DNA from: Geosiphon pyriformis uo1
Lineage: Eukaryota; Fungi; Glomeromycota
DNA length: 64,000 nucleotides
Assembly: GCA_016748015.1 (NCBI GenBank)
Contig: JAAOMT010000098.1
Span: forward strand, 325,635 to 389,634
Reading direction: 5' to 3'
In this document: positions 27,042 through 38,526 of the stretch, one piece after another
Layout: each line of letters opens with the position of its first letter
Position numbering within the stretch: the stretch's first letter is position 1
Made by a program: the position numbers and the translations under genes
The notes under the pieces: generated by a model
The model's database searches: none
Told to the model about the DNA's origin: nothing
Seen by the model: only the letters and a program-made list of their open reading frames with translations

Positions 27042-28408
27042 ATGAATACACAAAAATACCAACAACTCCAGTATTATATAAATACTCAATTGTTCAAGGA
27101 GAAATTATCTCAAAAGGAATAAAACAACAATCAAAATATTTTATCAATTATTAAAATATACTCTATTGGAAAGACAGAAAAAATCCAGACCAACCAATCA
27201 GAGTAATCACAGAACCAGAGAAAGAGACAATATTATTCAACATGCACTTAGATCCAACAGCAGGATATTTTCATAAAGAAGCGACCATAGAAAGAACCAG
27301 AAAAAAATATTATTGGCCATCAATGTATCCAAACATTATCCAATATGTTCAAAATTGTGATGCTTGTCAAAGAAGAGGAGGAATAAGACCAAGTGAACCA
27401 TTAAGACCAATCAAAATAGAACAACCATTTGATTGCATTGGAATTGACTTAGTTGGACCATTAACAATCACCAGTAAAGACCACAAATATATTGCAGTAG
27501 CCATAGATTATCTCACTAAATGGCCAGAAGCAAAAGCCATTCAAAGAGCAAATGCAGAATCCATTGCCAAATTCATTTATCAAGATTTAATATGTCAACA
27601 CAAATGTCCAAAAGAACTATTATCAGACTAAAGAACTCACTTTGTGAACAGAACACTAACAAAATTGAGCCAAAGATTCGAAATTAAAAGACCACTATCA
27701 TCACCATATCATCCACAAACAAACGGTTTGGTTGAAAGATTTAATAGAACATTGTATGAAACAGTCGCCAAACTTAGCCAAAAAAACCAGGATGAATGAG
27801 ATTTGTTTATACCATTAGTACTATTTACTTATCAGACAATGAAGCAAGATACTACACAAGCAACACTATTTAAATTAGTATATGGTAGAACAGCAACAAT
27901 ACCAGTTGAGATAGAAGTTAACACATATTTAACTGAACCAATAACAGAAGAAAATTTCCAGGAAACACTGTTGAAAAGAACATATGACTTAATGGAAACA
28001 TTGAAAAACAAACAAAGAAGAGCAGCTGATAATATTCAAAAGTCACAAGAGAAACAGAAAAAAAGACATGATAGTCAACTACCAAACAAACCAGTGGAGT
28101 TCAAGATTAGAGACAAAGTACTTTTACATTGTACCAAAGTGAAAAAACAATGAAGTGAAAAATTTGACCCCAAATGGGATGGACCATTTTACATAGAAGA
28201 AATTCTAAGAAATGGAACTTATAAACTAAGATAGAACAACAAAATCTTAGCCAAAGCAGCACATAGTAATTGACTGAAACCATATTACCAAATAGCATCA
28301 TCATTCATTAATAACATTCCACAATTAGGAGTACAATGAATACTAGTTTAACCAAATAAAATTCCACAAAATCTGAAACCAATCATAATCATTAGACCAA
28401 ACACGTAA
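27042..28408 (+). pseudogene. int: E5 integrase as a separate ORF (HHCC, DDE core, GPF C-terminal module)
   Basis: YYWP...CDACQ, IGIDLVGPL, PKELLSD, YHPQTNGLVERFN, KWDGPFYI; own ATG 32 nt after the RNase H stop. Confidence 0.9.
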
Positions 28409-28467
28409 AATCAGACAGTAAAAGAGTATATAAAGAGACAGTATATGTGACAAAGCAACCAAGAAAA

Positions 28468-29101
28468 ATGGAAATATTAGATCATATTCACACTATAGCT
28501 CAACAATTATTCCAGGCCTTAAGTTAACAATTTTTAGACATGGAAGTTATTGTTAACAATTAAACAATTTACTATTAAAACACCAAAAGAAAGATAAAGA
28601 ATACATCATATTAGTGAGTACCAAAGAATGATAAAAACTGGTCAGACAACATAATAGAAAAAGTAAAGAACACTTTTGGAAAAATACCTAATGTTATCAA
28701 CAGAAGAACTGACAAAAGAGAATTAGAAACAATAAACAGAACAACTTCCAATATCATACTGTTACTATTAATTAGGTCAAAAGTTGAATATTTAGGAGTT
28801 GTATATTAACAAATCCAAGAGAATATTCAACCAAGACATAATACAACAAATTGAAGAATTTATCAGAAAGAAAACAAATTCAACACTACATGTTAAAACA
28901 ATGTACTGACTACACAACATATTTTAGAACAACCCAGAAATACTATTATACTCTGAAATAGAAACCATAACCATTAACCAATAGGGAAGAATAAACAATA
29001 CACAAGTAGAAGACGTGAGAAACAGAGTTGAACAAACAATACTGGAAAAAAAAGTATTAAAATTAATTCAAAACAAAGATTTTGATGGAGCTTAATATTA
29101 A
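28468..29101 (+). pseudogene. E5 ORF3, ~210 aa, unknown function
   Basis: ATG GAA ATA TTA GAT CAT (MEILDHIHTIAQQLFQAL...) through ...DFDGA(Q)Y-stop overlapping the PPT; homologs in E3, E4 and E6. Confidence 0.7.
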
Positions 29102-29114
29102 AAGAAGGAGATAA

Positions 29115-30009
29115 TGTTACTCATAAAAAAAAACAGATATAAAAAAATAGTAGACCAATAAGAGAATAGTATTTAGCATGTAAGCACATTGCTCAGCAAT
29201 ATAGAGCAATGTTAGAAATTATGGCACGTTGCTCAACAATATGGAGCAATGTCAGAAAACATGGCATATTGCTCAGCAATATGAAGTAATGTTAAAAAAT
29301 TAGAGCACATTGCTCAGCAATGTGAGCATTGCTCAAAAAATTATAGCACATTACTCAGAAATGTGAGCAATCTTATAAAACATCAATTATGTATATATAG
29401 CAGTAGCATTAGAAGTAGAAAAAGCAGAATTCTTCTGTTAGAAATTTTAAAATCACAAATATTAAATAAATAAATCATCTACTATTTAAATTCACTTTCT
29501 ACTATTAACACTTTATGTTGATAGCAAGTAATACTTAACCATGCTAGAACAATAGCTCTTGATCATGGCTATTGATGGGATACTAACTTGTTTATTGCCT
29601 TGGCTTATTCTTTATTTTTTTTCTTTTCATTTTCATTTTCTTGATTTTGATTTTGTTGGTTACTAAAACTTAATTAAAGATTAAAGTACTGAGTTATTAA
29701 TGTCATAGATAGCCTGGTAAAAGACCTAGAAATAAGGGTAGAATTATATATATATTATCAGATAGCTTACCAGAAGAGCACAAATGCCAGAATAAATCCG
29801 GCCACCAAGCTGAGAAAAAAATTAGGAAACAACTTACAAGAAAACTGCTAATAATATAAACAAGAAATCTCTGTTCATTATACAAAAGACTCAACTTTAA
29901 AACCTTCAGACACTATTAACATACCAGTATTACCAGTCTTGTTAAGATATTGAGCACCAAGTTATAGATTTGTTATTTGATTTGAGATCCCAAATAATTA
30001 TCTGTAATA
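29115..30009 (+). repeat. E5 3' LTR
   Basis: TGTTACTCAT after the PPT; ends TGTAATA, followed by the TSD. Confidence 0.95.
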
Positions 30010-30013
30010 ATGC

Positions 30014-32587
30014 CTAGAACAGTTGAATACTCAACTATGTCAACACTGCTTAATTTCCTGTGACTTCCAATATTGTAATAAGTGTGATCTCATTTACAAT
30101 CTACTACCACGCATAATCTACACAATTCCAGAAGAAGACAAACCAATCAACAGCTGTACATCAGAATCAGAATTGACTTTCAATCTCAATTCAAAATCTG
30201 ACAATGATAATGATGAAAATAATAGTTCCAGCTCTGCTTCAATTAGCAACAAAATTTACAATAATTCAAATTTCGATTCAGACCCCAAAACATTTATTGC
30301 ACTTTCTAACCTCACCAAGAAACAGGAACTTAAATGGTTCAGCAATAATAGTGAAGATATTATGCCAGAACACACACATGATACTGATGCAAGGTTTGAT
30401 CTAAGATATCCAGGGAAAGATCTTCTCAAATTGGAACCACATTTGCACACTTGCATTGATCTGAAAATAGCACTAAAAATTCCAGCAACAACAATGGTTC
30501 AGTTAGCATCTAGGAGTAACCTAGCAAAAAAGAAAATCAACATCAGAGGAGGAATAATTGATACAGGATACATAGAAAATATTATTACTATGCTACAAAA
30601 TGACTCAGAAAAAGCATATATCATAGATCTAAATGAAAAGATAGCATAGGCAATATTCCTACTTTTGGTAAAAATAGCTCAGTTAGTGTTAATAGAAAAC
30701 AGGAAAGAATTAAGAATTACTGCTAGAAGGATACAGGGATTCAGATCAATGGATAGAATAGATATACCAGTTAATATGGCAGAGAAAGAGGTTATTAACA
30801 AAGAAGAAATTATCTCAACCTGTCAATCAATTTCTATTCCATTATATGACCAGTATATGTTAGCCATAAAAAGAGAAGTAAAAGATCAAGCTCAATTGTT
30901 TAAAGCAGAAGCCACTATTTGCAAATCAGGAGAGATTGGACTCATTAATCTCTACATATCAGCCAAAAGCCCCAAAAATATCAAAATTCCTATATACAAC
31001 ACAATAGGAAGTGTCATTGAAATACCAAAAAGAACTATTATTTGATATTTGACCACCAAAGTTAAGGATCAATCACCAAATCACATTCCAGATTTTTCAC
31101 AGCTTTGTGAATATGTGGACATCACATTACAAACTATCTATGGATGAAGTAAATGTTATCTGTTCCAATCAGAACAATTGGAACAGATAAATATGGGGAA
31201 TCTAAACCCACTTTAACAGATGCAACTAAGAATGTTACTTAACAATTTCAATAACATTTTTGCTAATGAAAATGAATTTGGTCACACCAATATCATCCAG
31301 CATCAGATCAAGACTGGAGATGCAATGCTAATTAAATAAAGAGCATACAGAGTACCACCAACTAGCCATGAGATTATTTATCAAGAAATCAATTGGATGT
31401 TTGACAATAGGCTAATTCAGTCATCAATGAGTTCATGGTCATCACCAGTGGTACTAGTCTGGAAGAAAAATGGGAAAATCTGCTTTTGTGTAGATTACTG
31501 GAAACTTAACAGAGTAACCAAAAGAGATAGCTATCCAACTCCAAAGATCCAAGAACTATTTGACACTTTTGGAAGAAATAAATGGTTTTCAATACTAGAT
31601 TTAGATAGTGATTACTGGCAAGTAGCTATGGATCCAGCCAACAAAGAAAAAACAGCATTTACCACAAAAGAAGAAAATTTTGAGTTTGAAGTCATGCCAT
31701 TTGGCTTGATGAATGCTCCAGCAACATTCTAACAACTCATGAAAATTGTCTATACTGGGCTACTATGGAAATCAGTAGTTGTATACTTAAACAATACAAA
31801 TGTGTTCTCCAAGACATTTGATGACCATTTACATTATCTTTAACAAGTATTTGAAAGATTGAAAAGAGCCGAATTGAAACTAAATGCAACCAAATATTTC
31901 TTTGGAAAAACTAAACTCAAGTTCTTAGGACATGTTGTAAGCAGAGATGGAATCAAAATAGATCCAAACAAAATTGAAATTGTCAAGAACTTTCCAGTAC
32001 CAAATAATCTCACGGAATTAAGAGCATTTTTGGGATTTGCTGGATACTACTGCCACTTTATCAAGGACTTTGCCAAAATAGCTCAACTATTACACCAACT
32101 CCAAACAAAAAATGTGAAGTATGAATGAACGAAAACCCAACAAGAAGCATTTGACACATTAAGAAGAAAGCTTATCCAAGCTCCAGTATTAATGTATTCA
32201 GATTACAGCAAACCATTCATCATCATTATCAATGCATCTGGCCAAGCATTAGGAGCAGTACTATCACAGAAAGAACCAGATAGAAGAAAACATCCAGTAG
32301 CTTACACCAGTAGAAGCTTAAGTCCAGCTAAGAAGAACTATGATACTTCAGCATTAGAGCACTTAGCTATCTATTGGGCTGTCATCAAGTAGAAGGAATA
32401 CTTGAGTCAAAAGTTTGATGTGTACACTAATCACAAGGAATTGACTTTAATCCAAAAACAAGAATTTGCAGACAATCGTCATGCCAGATGGAAAATAAAA
32501 CTTTCACCATTTAATTATACAGTATATTATAAAAAAGGAAAAAACAATAGAAATACTGATAGACTATTGCAGATGAGACAAATCTAA
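30014..32587 (+). pseudogene. pol: E4 pol, 3' part: Cys motif, dUTPase, RT, RNase H
   Basis: CQHCLISCDFQYCNKC; DARFDL...ASRSNL...GGIIDTGY; SSWSSPVVLV, FCVDY, KTAFTT, MPFGLMNAPATF; HPVAYTSRSL. Confidence 0.92.
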
Positions 32588-32617
32588 AAACATTCCAATC
32601 CAAAAATATAACAAAAG

Positions 32618-33993
32618 ATGAATATACAAAAATACCAACAACTTCAATATTATATAAATACCCAATTGTTCAAGGAAAAATTATCTCAAAAAGAACAAAG
32701 AAACATAAAACAACAATCAAAATATTTTATCAACTATCAAAATATACTTTACCAGAAAAACAGAAGAAATCCAGATCAACCAACCAGAGTAATTACAGAA
32801 TCAGAGAAAGAGACAATATTATTCAACATGCATTCAAATTCAACAGCAGGACATTTTCATAAAGAAGCAATCATGGAAAAAACTAGAAAAAGATACTATT
32901 GGTCATCAATGTATCCAGACATCATCCAGTATGTTCAAAATTGTGATGCTTGCCAGAGAAGAGGTGGAACAAAACTCAGTAAACCATTGAGACCAATCAA
33001 AGTAAGACAACCATTCGACCACATTGGAATCAATTTAGTCGGACCATTAACAATTACTAGCAGAGACAACAGATATATTGCAGTAGCCATGAATTATCTC
33101 ACAAAATGGCCAGAAGCAAAAGCCATTCAAAGAGCAAATGCAGAATCTGTTGCCGAATTTGTTCATCAAGATCTAATTTGTCAACATAGATGTTCAAAAG
33201 AACTACTATCAGATTAAAGAACTCATTTTGTGAATAGAACATTGACAGAATTAAGTCAAAGATTTGGAATTAAAAGACTATTGTTATCACCATACCATCC
33301 ATAAACCAATGAATTAGTAGAAAGATTCAATAGAATACTGTGTAAAGCAATCACCAAGATCAGTCAAGAAAACCAGGACAAATGGGATTTGTTCATACCA
33401 TCAATACTATTTGCTTATTGAACAATAAAACAAGATACCACACAAGCAACACCATTTGAATTGGTATATGATAGAACAACACTATTACCAGTTAAGATAG
33501 AAGTCAACACATATCCAACTAAACCAATAACAGAAGCTAATTTCCAAGAAACATTGTTGAAAAGAACTTATGACTTAATGGAAACACTAAAAAACAGATA
33601 ACAAAAAGCAGCTGATAACATTCAAAAGTCACAAAAAAAACAAAAAAAAGACATGATAACCAACTACCAGATAAACCAGTTGAATTTAAGATTGAAGACA
33701 AAGTACTTTTACATTATACCAAAGCAGAAAAACAATGGAGTAGAAAATTTGACCCCAAATGGGATGGACCATTTCACATAGAAGAAATTCTTGGAAATAG
33801 AGCTTATAAATTAAGATGGGACAATAAAATCTTAGCCAAAGCAGCACATGGTGATTGACTGAAACCATATTACCAGATAACATTATCATCTACCAATAAC
33901 ATTTCACAACTGGGAGTACAAAGAATACTAGTTCAACCAGATGAGATTTCACGAGATCTGAAACCAATAATAATCATTGGACCAAACATGTAA
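32618..33993 (+). pseudogene. int: E4 integrase, separate ORF
   Basis: ORF 32618-33217 with H..H...CDAC and IGINLVGPL; downstream KWDGPF motif. Confidence 0.9.
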
Positions 33994-34052
33994 AATTAAA
34001 TAATAAAAGAGTATATAAAGACACAGTATACGTGACAAAAGCAACCAGAAAA

Positions 34053-34681
34053 ATAAAAATATCAGATTATATTCACACTATAGCTCAACAATTATTCCAG
34101 GTCTTAAGTTAACAATCTTTAGACATGGAAATTATCATTAACAACCAAACAATTTGCTATCAAAACACCAAAAAAAAGACAAAGAATACACCATATTAGC
34201 AGTTACCAAAAAATGATAAAAACTGGTCAGATAACATAATAAAAAAAGTAAAGAACACTTTTGTGAAAATATCTATTATGGCACCAACAGAAAAACTTAC
34301 AAAAGAGAATTGGAAGCAATGGACAAAGCAACTTCTAATATCATACTGCTACTACCAGTTAAGTTGGATATTCAGGAATTGTATATTGACAAATCTAAGA
34401 AAGTATTTAACCAAAACATAATACAGCAAATTGAAGAATTTATTGGAAAAAAGATGAACTCAACATTACATGTGAGAACAATTTATTGACTGCACAACAT
34501 ATTTTAGAACTATCTAGAAATACTGTTACACTTTGACATAAAAACCATAACTATTAACCAATGAGAAAGAATGAACAATACACAAGTAGAAGATGTGAGG
34601 AACAGAGTCAAACAAACAATACTTGAAAAAGAAGTATTAGAATTAATTCAAAACGAAGATTTCGACAGAGCTCAATATTAA
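34053..34681 (+). pseudogene. E4 ORF3 (start mutated to ATA)
   Basis: Collinear with 28468-29101. Confidence 0.65.
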
Positions 34682-34695
34682 AAAGAAGGAGATAA

Positions 34696-35502
34696 TATTA
34701 CTCATAAAAAAAGAAAACAGATATAGAAAAATAGTAGACCAATAAGCAATTAGTAGTCAGCATGTGAGCACATTGCTCAGCAATGTGGAGCGATGTCAAG
34801 AAGATATAACATATTGCTTAGCAATGTGAGCATTGTTTGAGAAATTATAGCACATTGTTCAAGAATGTGAGTGATTTTATAGAACCCAAGTTATGTATAT
34901 ATAGCAGTAGTGCTAGAAGTAGAAAGAACAGAATCTTTTAGTTAAAAATCTTCCATTCAAAAATATTAAATAAATAAATCATTCACCATTCAAATTTACT
35001 CTCCACTATCAACACTTTATGTTAATAGTAATTGCTACTTAACCTACTCTGAAACAATAGCTCTTAATCACAGCTATTAATGGATACTAAACTTGTATAT
35101 TGTCTTGGTTCATTTCTTTATTTTCTTTTATTTTCTTTTCTTTTTTTGATTTTATTGCTGTATACTAATGGATAAAAGATTAAAGCACTGAGTAATTGAC
35201 ATCACAGATAGCCTGGTAAAAGACCCAGAAATAAGGGTAAAATTATATATATATTAACAGATAGCTTATCAGAAAGGCATGACTGTCAGAATAAGCTGGC
35301 CACCAAGCTGAAGACAGAAATTGGAAACACAACTCACCAACCAACTACATCATCATTGAATCTTTGCTCATTATACAAAGGACTTAACTTTAAAACCTTC
35401 AGATACAACCATTGCACCAGTATTACCAGCATTATCAAGATATTGAGCACCAAGTTATGGATTTGTTATTTGATTTGAGATTCCAAATAATCATTTGTAA
35501 CA
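34696..35502 (+). repeat. E4 3' LTR
   Basis: Direct repeat of 15434-16239, preceded by PPT aaaagaaggagataa. Confidence 0.95.
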
Positions 35503-37800
35503 TTGGTTTCAGTAGAAACACCAACATATAAACTTAAAATCACAATTGACAGCTTGTCTTTAAAAAGGAGCTGAATAAAAACAAGATAACCAAGGATTTT
35601 TTCAACCTTAGAAACATGATGTACAAAAGAATTGTTCATAATAATTGTTACCTCAGCACCAAGAAATTCTTTGTCTAAGCCAGACAAAAATATCCTTAAT
35701 CCTTTAAACTTGTTTATGATCTATGATCTAATACCAGACCTTAACTTTATTTTCATAACAATAGAAATCATATTTCCCAATTTTATATGTTAATAAACAA
35801 TGTCTTTCTACTTGGCAGAAATATTGAGATCCTAAACATTATATATAGCAAATTTTTACACCAAATTTGTTATTGAGAAGAATGAGCAACAAAAACCAAA
35901 CCAACATTGTCTACTTTGGCCAATAAGCCCATAATTATAACTGACAGATTGTTTAAAATGTTTTCCAATTTTAAGATAACTAAAAGATCAAAAACTACTG
36001 CTCTTATAATAGTTTTATCACTAGTAGTCATATTCAAACTCTTACTCATTACTATATTTACTTCTTAATTTTGTAATAAAGAGATCATCAATAGTTGACA
36101 TCCAAAGCTAAGCTGAGAAATCATTGGTTTAAGTGTGTCTAATTTCTTAGCCAACTTATCAATGTATTTTGTGAAACTGGCAAGACTATTCTCAAGAATA
36201 ACAAATCTATTATTTAATTTTATAGATATCAGCAGAGTAGATTTTATTTTCAAAGAGAAACCAGAATTAACCAAGTTATTTCATACAAGAAGAGGAGAAA
36301 AAGATGACTTACCAACAATCTTGGCCCAAAAAACACCACCAAAAAAAACAAAATGGGCAATTGGTACTGAATATTTAGTATAAATGAATGCCAGCCTGTT
36401 TTTATTACTCTTTAACAGCACTTTACAGAATGGGCTATCAGAAAAAGCCTTCTTATTTACAAAACAGTCTAATAAAATATGATTCAACTTCTCATACTTA
36501 ACACACTTTGCCAAACTTAAATAAAACCAGCACAAATTGGTATCTTTTAAAACAGATATGGTTTCCATAACAGTATTTAACAACTCAACCGAATTAAAAC
36601 AAATAACAATGCATCTGATCTGGACATATATAACAAAGTGATAATCAATGACACATGTTTTCTCACTTACAGAACCAATAAAGTCTCAGATGTTATGAGT
36701 ATTGGTGCTTATTAGTAGTATATAGAATAGCATTCTATGCTGATCTTTTGTATCTCATGATTCCTTGTCTAAATTTGTTTTAGCTATTCACATGGCATCT
36801 TTTTTAATCAAAATAGACTATCTAGAAGTGACCAAATTAACATGATCAATTTGTTCAAAATCTACTACAGTCTTTTGCCAAAAACTAATCAATTACATCT
36901 TAATTGATTTAATTATATCAAATTCAGATAGTACAGCATGCACAGTCTCAGCTAAAATACCAATTGAGATTTTTTTTAACACTACAGCCTGATCTGAATG
37001 TCCAATATATTTTTTGAGATTGATGTTTACCATAATCATTACTGCCTTTGTCATATTAGAAGCTTGAGCCAAGCTAAATTTGGAAATAAATATAGCTCTA
37101 ATGATTTCAGCAAATTTTGAGAGAATAGAGGTCTCCCTAAAACCATTGATTTTTGAAAACATTCTCTTGATTACTATTAGTTTTTCTTAAGAAGAATTTC
37201 CAATTATCTTATTTAAACTAATATTCAAAGCAAATGATTTTTTAACAGAAACATTAACCAAATTTTTCAAAAGAGAAAAAATGTCAGAGAAATGTCTAAT
37301 AGGATATCATTATTATTATTACCCAAGAAATTAATCTTTTCTAAAGTCTTTTTTAAAGCTTTTTTGGTCTGTATATATAATTCTTTGGATGTTTGATTAA
37401 AATTTTCATCATTAAAAGCATTACCTTTACTATAGTCAAAACTGGTTTCCTTAATTAGACACTTCTCTTTCATGTTAATATTATCTGACTTAGTGGTATT
37501 ACCAGTTTTAAAACTCCATAAATAACCACCTAATTCTTTAAAAAAAACTTTTCTATTACCAATACTATTCTCTAAAGTACTTTCTCTTTTTTTTTTCTAG
37601 ATACAGCGAAATTGATACTAATACCAGAGCCAAAATCTTTGAAAGCTTTTTTCATGATAACAATATTAGGGCCAATAGTAATTTCATAATTAAGCAAAAA
37701 CAGTTTGGATGTATTGTACTAAATTGTAAAAAACTTCTTTCAAAAAAACTTTTTAACTCTTTTTTGAGAATTTGGGATAAAAAAAAGAAAGAATAAAACT
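35503..37800 (-). mobile_element. LINE L1 5' segment: 5' UTR, ORF1 (37655-35870), start of ORF2 APE domain
   Basis: Minus ORFs 37267, 36893, 36281, 36065 and 35466 match L3 ORF1/ORF2; 5' UTR matches 45311-45400. The 5' boundary is approximate. Confidence 0.88.
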
Positions 37801-38400
37801 TACACTAAATATAACAAATATATAATAAATAATTAATTTATAAATTAATACTATTAATTAATAAAATTAAGAATTTTATTAAATTTAAAAATTTTGGTAA
37901 TTAAGTTTTTTGTATAATAAATATAGATTTAAGTGATAATAATTAACAACATTTAGTATTAAATTTTTTTGGCATAATAATTTGTTTATTCTAGTATTTT
38001 TTATTTTTTTAATAAATAATTTAATTATTAATAAGTTAATCATAAATTTATTTTTATATTTTTTACCAAACAATTTTTAATCTTGTAATTTTAAAATTTT
38101 TTTTAATTAATTAATTTATTAAATAATAATACAAAAATAAATAAATAAAAAGTTAATATTTTGTTAATAATTATAATTAAAAACTATTGTTTTAATATTA
38201 TAAATAAATCTAGTTATAATAATTTGTTACATAAAACAACTTTAAAAATAGCTTTAATTAAGATTAGAAATTTTATTAAATTTTAAAAAAATAATATATA
38301 ATAATAATATGTATTATTTATTTTTATTAGACAAATTAAAGTTAAATTATTAATTTTACTAAAAATAAATACAATATTTAATTATTCAATCTAAAAAAAA
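37801..38400. other. Extremely AT-rich island between divergent LINE 5' ends
   Basis: Almost only A/T; no credible coding or repeat structure. Confidence 0.7.
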
Positions 38401-38526
38401 ACTCTTTCTTTCATTGGTCCCCTGATCACAACAAAAGCATTGAGTCGTCACTAAAATAGCCTTCCTTTTCCCTTTTCTCTTCACCTTTCTTCAGTTATTT
38501 CTTCAAACATTCCCCTTTTTGTTGCT

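Larger units (their letters stand above)
19927..30009 (+). mobile_element. Complete Gypsy copy E5 nested in E4
   Basis: LTRs 19927-20792 and 29115-30009; TSD ATAC/ATGC; PBS TGGTGCTCTCTGTGAGG at 20795; PPT aaaagaaggag before 29115. E4 frame EQC|LEQLNTQLC is restored on removal. Confidence 0.95.
15434..35502 (+). mobile_element. Complete Gypsy copy E4 (~10 kb own sequence) carrying nested E5; inserted in L1 endonuclease
   Basis: LTRs 15434-16239 and 34696-35502; TSD CTGG/TTGG. Removing it restores L1 frame ...LYVGVSTET|RFDQALKINF. Confidence 0.95.

Noticed and set aside
28100-28408. Chromodomain at the integrase C-terminus
   Set aside because: Only the GPF module and a short tail are present; no chromodomain pattern is seen.
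28468-29101. ORF3 as an envelope gene
   Set aside because: It is short and hydrophilic, with no evident signal peptide, furin site or TM anchor.
29175-29375. Palindromic repeats with short spacers resembling a CRISPR array
   Set aside because: They lie inside LTR U3, the spacers are short and related to each other, there are no cas genes, and the context is a eukaryotic TE.
38401-38526. Self-cleaving ribozyme in LINE UTRs
   Set aside because: No HDV-like or hammerhead core could be identified by eye; an Infernal search would be needed.
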